A DNA stretch of 64,000 nucleotides, taken from assembly GCA_951406725.2 (NCBI GenBank), contig OX597817.1:116312001-116376000 (forward strand). Reading direction: 5' to 3'. Origin of the DNA: Octopus vulgaris. Taxonomy: Eukaryota. Shown piece by piece: positions 27,000 to 41,360 of this stretch. The position numbers and the translations under genes were made by a program. The number at the start of each line of letters is the position of its first letter. Positions within the stretch are counted from its first letter, which is position 1. Under the pieces are notes generated by a model. It made no database searches. It worked only from the letters and a program-made list of their open reading frames with translations, and was not told the DNA's origin.

Positions 27000-28060
27000 T
27001 GGTTGTGTGTGCATCCAGCACATCGCGATTATAAGGCGTGATATGTTCAATGCCGTGTATGGCTTCCCTGGGTGTTCAAAACGGCTACACACCATTGGTA
27101 CATGGAGTGCATAAGGCGGTTCACAAAATCCATTGTCACCTCTGTTTACACGCTGAGGAAAGCTGTCTCCAGTTCCACTCCAGTTGTCGGCCTTAGGATC
27201 ATCCGCTTCCACCGTCTCTAGATTTCATACCACAGGTGTTCAATCGGGTTCAAATTCGAGCTGAGAGCCGGTCACGGCATAGTTCCGATGGTGTGCCGAC
27301 GCAAGAAGTCTATGGTGATGTGACCTTGGACGTGTGGGAAGGACTAATGTGCTGCTGGAACATGTGGATATATTGACGCGCGAAGAGCCCAATGTGATGT
27401 CTTAGGATCTGGTCAACGTAGCACTACGCTGCAGCAACAAATTGGAACACATGGGGCCCAATTCTCTGATTCAGGCCTATAGCTCACCAAACCATTATAA
27501 TTTGGCCACCCACGCGTCTCTCTCCGTGACACATGCGTCTCTGTAGCGTTCACCCCTTCAACTCCACACCCTCACTCAGCTATCTGGAAACGCAGTACCG
27601 GCTCTCGTCAGAAAAGTCTATCGATCTCCATTGTTGATGCCGCTAATGTCGATGCTGTGTATCTCACTGTAGTCGTGCCTGTCAATGGTAGGCGGTGAGG
27701 ACAGACCCCCGAGCAGGACAACGGCAACGCATGTTGTTGGCAGTCAGGGGATATTGTACCGTTCGTCGCTGATGGGTCGCTGTCCAATGCCAATTGTCTT
27801 GCGAGCTGTCACGTTGACCGGTCTGAACTGATCACGGAGATGTTGCGGGTGGATGAAGCAGTCCTGCCTGGGCACGGTCACCCGGGGCGCATCCTGAGGG
27901 CTGTTGGTGTTGTATCGCTGTTGCAGGCGATGGATGGTGCTGACATGGACATTGTAAACTTTCGCAACATCCAGGGCACGCTACCCTTCTTGCAATCGGC
28001 CGTATGACAAACGGGTTATACCTGATGCGTCCAAATTAGGAATTAATTCATAATTGTCCA
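27000..28060 (-). mobile_element. Decayed Tc1-family transposon spanning the whole transposase
   Basis: HTH region DVAKVYNVHVSTIHRLQQRY, PRVTVPRQD, then FSDESRY, GERYRDACV, IMVW, FQQH, PALSSNLNPIEHLW, MHSM..CVAVLNTQGSHTRH*. Several stops and frameshifts. Confidence 0.9.
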
Positions 28061-28578
28061 CAAGGGACTAAATATTTCCGCCGATTACTGTGGCAAAGTT
28101 ACCCATGTTTACCCCTTTTTCATTTTCTTCCATTATTTTTTCTTGCAGCCTCTCAACGCCCTCTATCGTATATCATTCTGAATCTTCTAGTTTTGATGAA
28201 CTAATTTTCTCCAAAATCCATATTTTGGGGGGCTTTTCTTTTTTAAATTAATGAAGCTTTGAAAAGGTTTCCCCCTTCACCAAGGGGCAACAGGATAACA
28301 AATTCTGCACAAAGGAGAGAAACACTTTTTTTTAAATTAACAAATTAACAAAACAATATTGTCTAACAACAGTCTAACAATCAACAAACAGTAGTAAAAA
28401 CCACAGAACAAATCCAAATCAAACGTGTGGGGAGCGGGGGAGAAATTTCGAAATTTCTGGCGTCATCTGCATTTGGGGTATATTTCCCTTGTATCGACTT
28501 CAGAAACTCAGCAGTGTTAGTTGAGATAATGATAATTGATTAAGTATCCAGAAGATGGATTGGTATTAATCTTTATTC

Positions 28579-28683
28579 TGTACGACAATCGTTTCGACCC
28601 ATTCTGCTACTGTTCTTTATGGGTGGTGTCCCGTTTAATATGTTGTGCTGCATACATTTTGCAGTCTGGGTCACATCAGTACA
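28579..28683 (-). ncRNA. Type I hammerhead motif with long helix II (slightly decayed)
   Basis: tgta-CTGATGT-GACCC...GGGTC-GAAA-CGATTG-TC-gtaca: perfect 5-bp helix II base, near-palindromic helix III, GUC triplet. A9 is mutated to T. Confidence 0.65.
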
Positions 28684-30195
28684 TCCACACATAAAGCTGT
28701 GGATTACTAAAGATCCTGAGTTTAGGCAGCCTAAACTCATATGAATTGTGGTTCACAACTATTTCATGTGTGTTTTTTGTTGATGAAGGGAAGTGTTACA
28801 TCATACAAAAAAACCCTTTTCCTCAAGTGAATTTCAGGTACGAATTAATCATTTACAACTTTTTAACAAAAAGCACATAGTGCCATATGATTCTGCCCAC
28901 CCAACATTTTTTGCATGATGCAACGATCTGTTCAGCAATAAAAAAAAAAACATCTCAAACAGCTGTAGAGAACCTAAATCCATTTGTTATTTGCTTATCC
29001 TTCACATAAGTCGGAACCTGCAATGCGTTTGGATCTAGAGTTGACAGACGGTGATGCAATAGGTGCAGTGAATGTACTCATGTGTGACGTAAATGAATCG
29101 TTTTGTATTCAGTTAGGTATTTGTGGATGTATGCATAACTGGAATACAATACGTAATTCATATTAGTAAGTACGTATTTGTCTGTAGTTATTGTTTGTAA
29201 GCGGCCACGCCATCACTGGCCTGACCATTCTGCTTTCACTATTTAAGTACCTGATTCGCTTGACTCCTGGAAATTATACAAATACATATATACATATACA
29301 CATATATATGTATGTATGTGTGTTTATATGTTTATATATACATACACAGGCAAACACACACGTATGTATATGTAAATATATGTGTGTATGTATATGTGTT
29401 TTATACACTTTTGCTATTTACTATCTTTTACGTTAATTAAACGGTTCTCAATTTTTCTTGAGAGTGTACACCATAGATTGTGAGATCGACTTCTTATTAG
29501 ACTCTAACTCTGTTTAATACCCTTTTAACGGTTTAATGTTGGAATAATCTCATAACAAAACTAACATACTTACGATTACTCATTTCATCTGATTGATATC
29601 TAAACGGGAAAATTCCAAATATATTTTCTTGTTGCGGAGGTTAATTGAAAGAGCAATATTTCTCGTTATTGCCCATTACAAATAATTGTGTCACAGAATT
29701 ATTTTTTTTAAAAAATCACTTGGTGTAATATAAAACACCCATAATAGTTTACTAATTTCCTGTCGGCTTATTACTTTATTAACACAAAATATATATTTTG
29801 CCAGTCTGTAGCTATATAATTTCTTTTGAAATATTACCAAACATCAGAGGGTCTTGTTCAATAAGACGCATTGAAAACAAATAAATAGTATGTCAATTAA
29901 TGATGATTGAATTAATTTTATATTAAAAAAGTTTCCGAGACTTACGAGAAAGTTCAAATCTGAAAAGAAAATAAGGAGGGAAATGTGTTCAAAGAAAATC
30001 TAAGAAACAAATTTTGAAACTAATAAAAAATAACTAAATTCTAATTAACTCATTTATATTAATACTTCGTATTAAAAAGCGCACGATGTAACATGAAAAG
30101 CAATAAAAAACATTCCAAAACAACATTGGCACTATTCATATGCTTGTATATGTATATACATATATACCTATGTGTATATTTGTATATATATGTAA

Positions 30196-30279
<84 letters not shown>

Positions 30280-32916
30280 TGCTTTGCAGTATATTCTGAA
30301 AGTTGTATTAAGTACTTGCCGCACTTCTATTACTCAAAATCTTTCAATCATATGCTAGTCAAGATATTTCATATTTTCCTCTACATAGGTACCTAAGACT
30401 TATTGTCTTCCTATCGCTCCTAACAGAGTGTACTCATGATGTATAGATTTCTAACTTAATTACAAGAATAAAATTTTGGAGTAGAATATGGTGGCCCATT
30501 TCAATCACAACAGAGAAATACTACATATTTTATCAATATCGCAAAAATAAAATTCCCAACTACTCTCGGCGATATTTGAAAGCCGATGTAGTTCGCAAGT
30601 AGGTAACGATGGACAGAATGTATGAAAATTCAGCAACTTAGCAATGAAGCGCACTCAAAATTTCATTAAATTGCCAAGTGAGCGCTTTGAATATATATGT
30701 CATGCCAAAACACTTATGATAATTTATTTAACTAACTTTATAACAAGAGCAATCCATTAAAATTTATCTGAACGAAGCATTTCTCTACTGGAATAGAAGA
30801 AAGAAAAACCCTTACCCTAGTTACTCTGTGTCGAAATTCGATACATTTATTTACAGTTGTAATAATTCTCACTTTTAAAACATCTTCACAGCTCTCTCTG
30901 AAACAGAAAACATAATTCGATCTCAGAACTTGTGTTCAAAGCTATCTTTTTAGCAAACATTTTTATTTGGTATATTTATATTTTCATGGTAAGTGTTCAT
31001 ATACCTAACATATATTTATTATATGCTAAACTGATATGTAATATATTCTTAGTTTATTAATAATAAACAGATAACTAAGGTAATCTAGGTTTCCTCTGTA
31101 TAAACTGGTAACTAATATATTCTAAATTTATTATGAATTAATTGGTAACTAAGATAATCAGCAGATAGTGATATAACTAAGAAATAATCTTAAGTGAGAT
31201 TAATTCTCGTTTTGTCTCAGAGTAGTTTTTTTAATACATAGTACAACTACTTCAAGTATTTACCCGCCATTTCAACAAAATTTCCATTGAAATGTAGCTT
31301 TCATAATAGGATACGAAATCAGCTTTCAGTATGGTGCACGTTTTTTACCAGTCTCCAGTTATCACTCGATCTGATAGCCGTTGTGATCTTTGTTATTTAC
31401 CACATACTTCTGATCTCGGAAATAAGCGTGTTAGTGAATGAGCCATAAACAGTATAAAAAAAAATTAATATGAAATGCAGTGAACTTCGTTCCGTGAATT
31501 CAGTTTAATCAGCTCTTTTGTTATCTCATTAGATTGTATTATGACTCATTTTCTCTCTGTGTTCAAGTTATTGTGATACATCATTTCAGATATTCCATGT
31601 AGTGATGCGTTACATGCTATAATGGACATCCCATGTCAGGTTTCCAGCTGCAATTATTTCTTATAAATGATTTTAGATTGCGTTGGGGAAACCGATACAG
31701 TAAAAAATAAAATAACGGCGAAAAATGCGTGCAACTATATAGCTTGGACATCTAATATCTCTCGCGATAAGTCCATGAATATCACCACATTTCATTGGTA
31801 AGGTGCCAAGCACATTTCAGACATTTCCTCCAAGAGAAGGAATTCTACGTAGCACCACAAGCAAATCAACTGTTATTCTGTTCTACAGTGTCTTGGATAA
31901 CTACTTATCCCAATGAATTCATGGATCCGTACTAATCATAGATAAAATGTTAAAAGTAATGAGAGCTATGCAGGTTTTCAATCAAAATATAATCCTTGAA
32001 ATAATTAGCTATTGTTCCGATTATTTTTACATAGTTAATGATAACTGAAACAGAAATCCAATATTTTTTTTTATTCTTAGCTCATAATTACTTTATTTTT
32101 TTTATTTTTACTGACTATGGCTTCTAACTTTATCATCAGTTTTAAATTTAGCTACATTTTCCCCTATGTTTATATATAAAGTTAATCACTGGTAAATAAT
32201 CCCTGATTTGTAACAGATTTACAATTTCTAGCTGATAGTATATTTCGTAGCTGAAAGCGTAATGAAAAGCCAATACCAGCCAATTATAATAAAACTAATC
32301 GTTCAACAGTTTATTTTGAATACAACTATTTCTAAAGTTTAGCCGATTTTAAAAAAGATGGGTGCGTGTTCAATTGTAACAAATCTCAATTGTAACAATT
32401 TTTATGGAGAGCTCTAGTATATCACATATACCTTTGAGAGATTGTTGCCATGATACACATATTTCTATCAATAAAACAATATGACATTTTTGGTGAAATA
32501 TACATTGTGATATCTCGCTCTCTCTCGCTCTCTCTCTCTCTCACTCTCTCTCTCTCTCTATCTATCTATATCTGTATTTATATATATCTACACACACACA
32601 CACACACACGCACGCACATATATGTATATATATTGTTGTATCTCGGGATGGTCATTTTTTTGCCAAATAAACACACGCATTACATATTTGTTCTTCACTC
32701 GCTTATTACTGCTCTTGTATTTTAAAAAGTTTAGTTCATGTCTATTGTCCAAAAATTTTTCGTCACCCATCTGTGACTTCTTCAGCGACACTTTTCATTT
32801 CCGTGTGCCCTCTTACACCCCTTACTCCATTCTGTGTGTTTATTCGGCAAAAAAGCCCGAAATACAATATCTGTTTCAAAACACTGTTTCGCATCAAGAA
32901 TCTTGCAACACAAATT

Positions 32917-32988
<72 letters not shown>

Positions 32989-33002
32989 ATATTTATATAT
33001 AT

Positions 33003-34190
33003 CGCTCTAAAACCACAAATTACTCACTATTAAAATACAACAGCGAATGCAACAAGCATAACAAAAATACGCTTAACTTGTATGAACTACAGAAGTAAGG
33101 AATTCGTATATTCCGGGATCAAATGATTTTGCTTTTTGTATGAGAAACATACTTAAACTCCTCCACCAGACTTAACGCTACAATAACTATTTCTGAAATA
33201 TTCACCACAATACACCGTGTGCATTTTTACATTTGAATGCCCCCGCGACATTCAAAACGAACATATTATGAGCCAGTATAATTTAAAGTTAAAAAGGTAT
33301 CATTCCCATTATTAATAAGAATAACGATAATAATAAAGTGGCAAGCAAGTTTACGCCATTGTAGATAAAATATAAACAAAATTCAGGACAGTATTCAAAT
33401 AAAACTTGCTATAAACAGCTGTCACTCTAAAACGTGTTCAGAAATAGTTGTTGTGGCGTTAAGCCTTGCTGATGAGCTTAAGTATGTTTTTCATACAGAA
33501 AGTGAACTCAATTAATCCTGGAATATACGCATTCCTTAATTCTGTAGTTCATACAAAGTAAGCCTATTTCTGTTATGTTTGTTGCATTCGCCGCGTGTGT
33601 TTTAATAGTACGTACTTTGTGGTTTTAGAGCGACTGCTCGGTTTATAGCAAGTGGTATTCTAATACCCTACTGATTTTATTTATATTATACCTATGACGG
33701 TGAAAACGTACTAGCCACTTTATTATTATCGTTATTATTATTATAAATGGTAATGATACCTATTTAATTTTAGATTAAACTGTCTGACGATATGTTTATT
33801 TTGAATGTCGCAGAGGCATTCAAATATAAGTACGCACACGGTGTAATGTGACGAATATCTCAGAAATAGTTGTTGCAGCGTTAAGTCTGGCTGACGAGAA
33901 TGTTTTTTCATACAGAAAACGAAATCAATTCATCCTGGAATATTCGCATTCCTTACTTCCGTGGTTCATACAAAATAAGCCTATTTCTATTATGCTTGTT
34001 GCATTCGCCGTGTGTATTTTAGTAGTGAGTAATGCGTGGTTTTAGAGTGATAGCCCTGTTTATAGCAAGTGGTAATTTAATACCCTACTGAATTGTATTT
34101 ACATTTTACCTATAACAGCGATGTAAACTTGCTAGCCACTTCATTATTATCATTATTATTATTATTAATAATGGTAATGATACCTATTGA
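33003..34190. mobile_element. Family R array: one inverted ~430-nt unit plus ~1.8 direct units (period 422), each with a hammerhead motif
   Basis: cagaaatagttgttg recurs at 33439 and 33861. 33003-33435 is a reverse-complement unit. HHR motifs at 33464-33522, 33886-33939 and a degenerate minus copy ~33112-33170. (TA)n on both sides. Confidence 0.88.
33886..33939 (+). ncRNA. Type I hammerhead motif
   Basis: tctgg-CTGACGA-G...C-GAAA-TCAATTCA-TC-ctgga: G10.1-C11.1, AUC triplet. Helix II is partly deleted relative to the 33464 copy. Confidence 0.65.
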
Positions 34191-34953
34191 AATTTATATA
34201 TCTATATATATATAGCCATCTGAGTAGGTGAGACATTTTCCGCTTGTGAATTTCTTTGGGTTTTTTATTAGCTGTACGTGTTATTTCTGCGATGTTGTGT
34301 CCTTTTGTATTTCTTGCAATCGTAGATGGGAGAGCGTTATTATTTGGTTTAGGGAAATTTGGGAGATTAGTTGTGAGCATTTTTTGTTTATATTGTATAT
34401 TTTCCCGCATTTCTATATTCACTTATTTAAGTATCATTTTCTTGTTTATGTGTGTAGAGGGTTTTCAATAGAATGTTTTCAATGGGTTTATTTGAGATAA
34501 TTTATTTAGAAAAGTTGTAACACAATGTGTGTGTTCTTAGTTCTATATCTGGTTGCTTTGGACAAATGTAAAATTAATAAACTGAGTCGAGTTTTGTGTC
34601 ATATTCATATTTCATAGTCGACAAAATAAAATACCACTCTATTACAAGTGACTGTGTAGTAAATTGTACATGAAAGTGTGTAACTGAATATACACCATCC
34701 ACAAAATCTTAGGAACATGGCAGGATTAATGCTTTGCTCTTTTAGAAATTGAATGGCTGTTAGAATATCACTGTGATGTTTTTAAATGTGGAAACAGAAC
34801 ACTTCTTCAATGGCTTACATTTTACCATTGGAACATAAATAACTCAAAGAAATAGCACCTGCAACTATGTTGTGCTTTGTAATTAATCATTAAGTTGAAA
34901 TATACATATACATACATACATATATATATATGTGTATGTACATATGTATATGC

Positions 34954-35030
<77 letters not shown>

Positions 35031-35954
35031 CAGAGAGAGAGAGAGAGTGAGAGAGAGAGAGATGTACATATACACAAATAAATAATATATGTATATGTAT
35101 GTATTATAAAATTCAAACTAACGACTAATACATCTGTGTCAAGGAGAATAAACAAATATATTAAATCCAACATTCCTCCGTTTAGACATATATATTAAAT
35201 TAAAGAACCTGCGAGCAAATAATTTATATACATGGAGTCATACGACCTGCCACCATTCGCAACAAAATCTCACTATACATCCTAATCCATTAAGAAAGAA
35301 AATACATTAGACATGTGGCACCAGATTCCCACCAAAACAATTGAACACCATTGACCAAGGGTGTTTCTGGTTGGACTTCGCACGATATACTAAACAGCAA
35401 TATACTTTGCTTTAGATGGCAGCCCATATCTACCTCTTTTTTCATATTTATGTTTTAATTACACATTCAAATAATGCTTCTTATTCCCATGGTAAACAGT
35501 GTAACGTGATATGGAGAATTATATTGCTTTACAAATACTACTATTTAGTCCTATCAATGTCAGAAGTATACACCAACAACGTGAGAATGTCTCTAAGTAA
35601 ACTGGAATAGAGATAAAATCAATAAATGCCATGTTTAAATGACTGAATGGTAATTTATTTTTAATGAGGATAGAAGATATTAAAACTTTTCTGTGGTGGA
35701 AATTTTCAATATAGTTATTTATTTAAAATAATGAATTTCGAGATAAAGAAATAGCCGTGATGCGGTTGCTGGACCTGCTAAGCCAGCAGCTAATTACTCC
35801 GCAAATAACACTCTTCAGTTTGAAAAGGAAGTGATTCTCGATTAATAGGGCTCGAAATATAATGTTTGAAGAAAAGGCACATTTGTTACGGCTTTGAACA
35901 TAATTATGCTCTATTAGAGTTAACCTAACGATAAAAGCACACACACACTCACAC

Positions 35955-36009
<55 letters not shown>

Positions 36010-36129
36010 TGTGTGTGTGTGACTGTTTTCAGCGTTTACAAATAACACGGAAAAAAACAGTTACCAGGGTAGCAAATATTCACACAAGTAACAAGGATGT
36101 AACAACCTATTAATAAAGGTAGAAACTCC

Positions 36130-37330
36130 GGGTTAAGGTGAATTATTTTGTATAATATAGATAAATAAATAAATGGAGTTAAACGTAGGAGTTATACAAA
36201 TTCTTTTACTTCCTACATATGTTTCGAAGACAACATTGGTATTATTCCAGAAGGAATAAAATGGGGTAAACAATGCAATCTTCTGACTGGGGAACGAAAT
36301 AAACAAAACACACCAATAAGACATTCTAACAGAATGTGATAACTGTGTAAAATAATGAAGGGGACGCTATTAAGTTTTAAAATCCACGTTAGTATATGTA
36401 ACGTCAAAGGTAGCATACAGAAAGAGTAGGAGGAGAAGGAAAGTATTTAGCAGAAAACCAATAGTGGAGAAATATAGAGCGATGGATAAATTATAATAAA
36501 CTTAAAAGTGTGGAATTAGATATATTTAGTGGAAGAGAAATGTAAGAAGATAATCAAAGGTCAAATTATAAAGAATGGTATAAATGACATATAGGATCTA
36601 AAGGTATGTTTCTGCCAATGTTTGCGACGATAAAAAACATTCTATAAACGTGTTTACAAGGGGATTTCGCTATTACAAAGCGAGCAGAAATGTTTACCAT
36701 TCTCGTACGGTAAGGAAATGGAGAGAATATTCCATTCCAAATTAAATTGTTTTTTATGATCGTTTAGATACCAGATTAATTTACTAAACCCTGTAGTGTT
36801 ACGTTTATTGATATGCCTAAATGTAGAATAACGATTGGATATTCCTTTGGGCAACTGAGATGAAGAACTACCCATATAAAAATGATGTCAGAACCGGAAG
36901 TAATTTTAAATTGTTAAATAGAGTTTTAGTCTTAGAATTACTGCTAAGAAAACGAATGTGATTGGACTTGACTTCAGAACCAATAACCCCGCTGTTACTA
37001 TTATTTCGTGAATGGTTAGTATAAACAAAATTAATGTTAGTATTTCAGTAAGTGGATTTGTATTTAACAACTTATTATTATGCGAAGAGCTGATTTGTGA
37101 AAGATTATTTGTGTTAGAAAAATCTATCCTAATTCGGTGTGAGTTAATAATTGAATAGTATCTTGAATTTCTCGGGAAATTATTTTCTATAGCTTACTTA
37201 AGTCGAGACACTAAGTCTGTGCAGTATCGTTCGCACAGTTCGAAAAGAGATGAATAGAAAGCAAATCAGTAATAAGGATGTCCAGGTATTAATGCATTAC
37301 GGCCGTTTCAAGACGCTCCTCTTAATCGAT
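36130..37330 (-). mobile_element. Penelope-like element fragment, GIY-YIG endonuclease (Naiad-like), with HHR-like 3' end
   Basis: YMG...STFRHINKRNTTGFSKLIWYLND..FNLEWNIL...PYENGKHFCSLCNSE; upstream NFPRNSRYYSIINSHRIRIDFSNTNNLSQISSSHNNKLL. GAAA-CATATG-TA palindromic helix III at ~36214-36225. Confidence 0.78.
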
Positions 37331-38829
37331 CCAATGTAAACATTACCATTTATGCCTATGACCACATAGATTTCCAACGTACAGAATACTCGATTATAAT
37401 TTTGTTAGCAAATTTTTCACCAGTAATAGAGATTAGAATACATTTTTTTTTCATTTAGGGAAAAATACCTAAGGCCTACTATGATTTAGAGAGGCAGAAG
37501 AAAATAATGGGGTTCAATAAAGAGGAATGGTGATATAGCTACATTCATATTTATCCTTATCACGTTCAGTAGACTTGAGCAGTCCACACCCCCTTAGCAT
37601 CAAAACAATTAGGAATTAACAGTTAAGTTCTTGTTATTGATAAATTAATTAATTTCAGATCCTCTTCCCTACCCTGTTTCAATATGACCAACATAGCAGC
37701 CAAATCTACATAAAAGGATATGTCTCAGAAAATGCTAGTAAGATAATGATATAAAGGTGAGGTGATACACAGAAAGAGGAGGAGCAGGGGTGGCTTAAGA
37801 TATTACCATTATCAACTAAAATTGGTATCAAAATGGAAAAAGGAGGTCACATAGAGATCTAAGCGTGGGAATTAGGAATATGGGCGGGGTGCATCTTAAC
37901 TTAGCAAAATTTATTTACTAAAATATTAAAACTAAAAAACTTATTCAAGGACTCAATAACAGAAGAAGGCAAACAATCTAAGCCATAAGATTGGGGTACT
38001 TTTATAAACTACTTTTATAAACTCCAGCTGATACCTCATTTCTAGAAAGTTACTAGCTATGTGAGCAAATCCGCTAACCATCACCCTAATATATTAAAAT
38101 TGGTAATATAAGGAATTTCGAGACGAATTACATAATTATCAGCTAATGGAGTATAATTGATTCATACTTCCACTACCATAACTCTGCTGTTTCTAAAGCA
38201 GGATATAATCAGGAGATTACGTTCCTTGTCTTAGGGTATCTTGTGTGCATAGAATCACCCGTACATTCAAATATTTTAGAAGCCAATAATATACTTATTA
38301 TACTATAGTTTGGTAACAAAACTTTTCTAGGGTGTCATATTCTTCATAACATACCCTGTTTTGTATGGAATTTTTATGTAATATTTTTCTCTTATAACAC
38401 CTACCTCTTTAATCTGAATTTCTCCTATACTCAGATTACACTATTTTCCTATCGGTCTTAAGACTTTCTTTCCTATCAGTCATAATGAGTATATATACAA
38501 TGGATTACTAGATCCTATGCTTCCCTTAAGTATAGTAAATAACCCCTTGAAAACAGTTATGATTCTATACATATCTGTGCCTGTAATAATATATCTTACA
38601 AATATATTGTAAGACCATTTCCAATGGTATCTTTATCGTATTTAAATTTTTAAATTATTTTTAATTAGCTTTTGTTATGAATTCCTTCGTTTATCCTTAT
38701 ATTATATCTTTATATCCGGTACTTATTTTATGACATTAATTTTTATTGTTTCAATTTTCAACGTAAATTACGCATCGGTGAGTAGTTTTTTTATTTTTTT
38801 AGGTTAGGTGCTTGGCGTCAGCTACATAT

Positions 38830-39330
38830 TATTTGTCAGTCTTTTATGAGTGCATTCATTTGGAGGTTTGCTGGATAATTGGGAGATATTTTTTAGCGGC
38901 TCTCGCACTGCTGAAATTCCTTGGTTTATGAGCAACGACGAAAGGGATAACTGTTTTTCTTTTCTATTTTGTTGGGTTTTTTCCCAGTGTTGTCACTGGA
39001 ATGCTCTAGGCCATGGAGATAGCCGTATTGATGAGGTTCACCGAATATTCTTCTCTTTTAAGATACCATCTTAGTTCATATAATCTTCTTTTTCTGTAGT
39101 GTGGATGTGTTATTATGGTGCAGATACTTCTTGCCATATGAAAGAGAATGTTGCTGATCGGAAATTTAAGTATTGATGGGTGCCTGTTGGTTTGCAAAAT
39201 AGGTCGTTTTAGATTTCCCCCCTTCTTTAATGATAAGTATATCCTGAAACGTGCTTACGATGGAATGAAATTTTTGCAGGTCTTCGGAAACATAAAGAAG
39301 AATTCTTTATTAGAAAGTACAAAGACTACT
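38830..39330 (-). mobile_element. Penelope-like element RT C-terminal fragment
   Basis: FQDILIIKEGG (PFLD motif position), ...MARSICTII....RKRRLYELRWYLKREEYSVNLINTAI. Confidence 0.82.
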
Positions 39331-39680
39331 GCACACATAAACATGATATTCCAAACCCCACCTCCAATAACACGATTCTCTTTTTGATTTAAAAAGTTGC
39401 AGATATCCAAATAGAAGTCGATGACACCCACATTTTTTATCATTCGATTGTTGAAGAGAAGAACAAACCTCGGAGGTGCAGTGTCACTTTACTATTCGCC
39501 CTCCTCCCAATGTATATGTAAACTTAAATACTTGACTAGTGTAGATAGGTATGTATGCATGTGTATGTAGGTATATAATACTTTAATTGTCAATAATACT
39601 TTAATTGTTCCACGTCCTCGCGTTGCTGTTTTTTTTCTGATTTTTTTTCCCTTTTTTTCTGTGTTTTCTTGTTTGGATTA

Positions 39681-39785
<105 letters not shown>

Positions 39786-39921
39786 ATATATATGTATATG
39801 TATATATGTGTATGTATACATGTATGTATATATAAGACGTGTGTGTATTTATATGCATATATATGTGTGTATGTATTTATATATATGTATGTGTGCATAT
39901 GTATATATACGTATATATATC

Positions 39922-39954
<33 letters not shown>

Positions 39955-40438
39955 TTGCATGTGTGTGTGTATGTATGTATGTATACGTTTTGTATGTTTA
40001 TATGTTAAGAAATAGAACCAGCTGGAGGACACTTTCACAAGACCTTCATAAAATACTCCTTAACCATTCTACCACCTCTCAACTCCCCTCTCAATCTATT
40101 ATCTTGATTTTACTATTCAGCTTTTGTTCATCAATACTCCGTTACTCCCACTCATATTAACAAAACCCAACCTCACCCCAGACAACCAAATCACTTATAT
40201 ATAGCACTACACAACCTGAGTTCAGATTGACAATCGGCACCGGTAAATTCAAGGAAGTTCTCCAGAAAATCAACAAGGAATCTTTAAAAAATCTCCCCAC
40301 CGAAGTTAAACAAGAACTTACTAGATCTACAATCCATCCTGCAAAATTATGTAATTAAAAATTTAAATTGATTAGCAATACCATTAAACAAATTCTTTCC
40401 CTCCTCTTTCAAATACACACTCACACACACATATATAT

Positions 40439-40850
<412 letters not shown>

Positions 40851-41164
40851 GCGTAGTATAGCCTATACCACTTACTAATTAATATGGCAATAGTTATAAT
40901 TGCTACATCTAAAAGTAATATCGTTCGATAGTTAAGACTAACTTAAAAATTAAGTTGTAATTTCCATGCTACAACTAATCGTCTTTATAAATTGAAAGAC
41001 TACCAAATAATTCTATACGATAGCTAAAGTTAACTGTTAACTAGCTATCAATCAAACGACATGCGTAAGACAACTAGAAATACACACGCAAATATATGTC
41101 CAGAAATACAGACAGGCAATCATACATGTGCGTACTGAAATATATATATATATATATTCAAAAT

Positions 41165-41360
41165 GTGACCGCGTGTGTACCGTTGGCGATTTTTTCCCTC
41201 CATCTTCCCTTCTCTGGATCTTTCCTTTTCCTATGTTTCTGACGAAGAGCTCCGCTCGAAACGTAAAACCCTCCTTCTTCCCTTCCTTCCTGGGCGCCCA
41301 ATAATACTATATTTGTTCCACGTCCTCGGGTTGTTGTGTTTTCTCTTTGTGTTTCAATAT
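41165..41360 (+). mobile_element. Family F terminal repeat
   Basis: Homologous to 8070-8245 (reverse complement) and 12460-12600; starts at a (TA)n tract. Confidence 0.8.
41235..41269 (+). ncRNA. Minimal type I hammerhead ribozyme motif, intact
   Basis: gttt-CTGACGA-A-GAGC-TCC-GCTC-GAAA-CG-TA-aaac: 4-bp helices I and II, palindromic ACGT helix III, GUA triplet. Confidence 0.8.

Noticed and set aside
27595-27615. CTGACGAG on the minus strand as a hammerhead core
   Set aside because: It is the FSDES coding sequence of the Tc1 transposase; no helix II-GAAA follows.
30891-30988. Segment bounded by cttcacag and gtaagt as a coding exon
   Set aside because: All three frames contain stops; it could only be a non-coding exon, and nothing else supports that.
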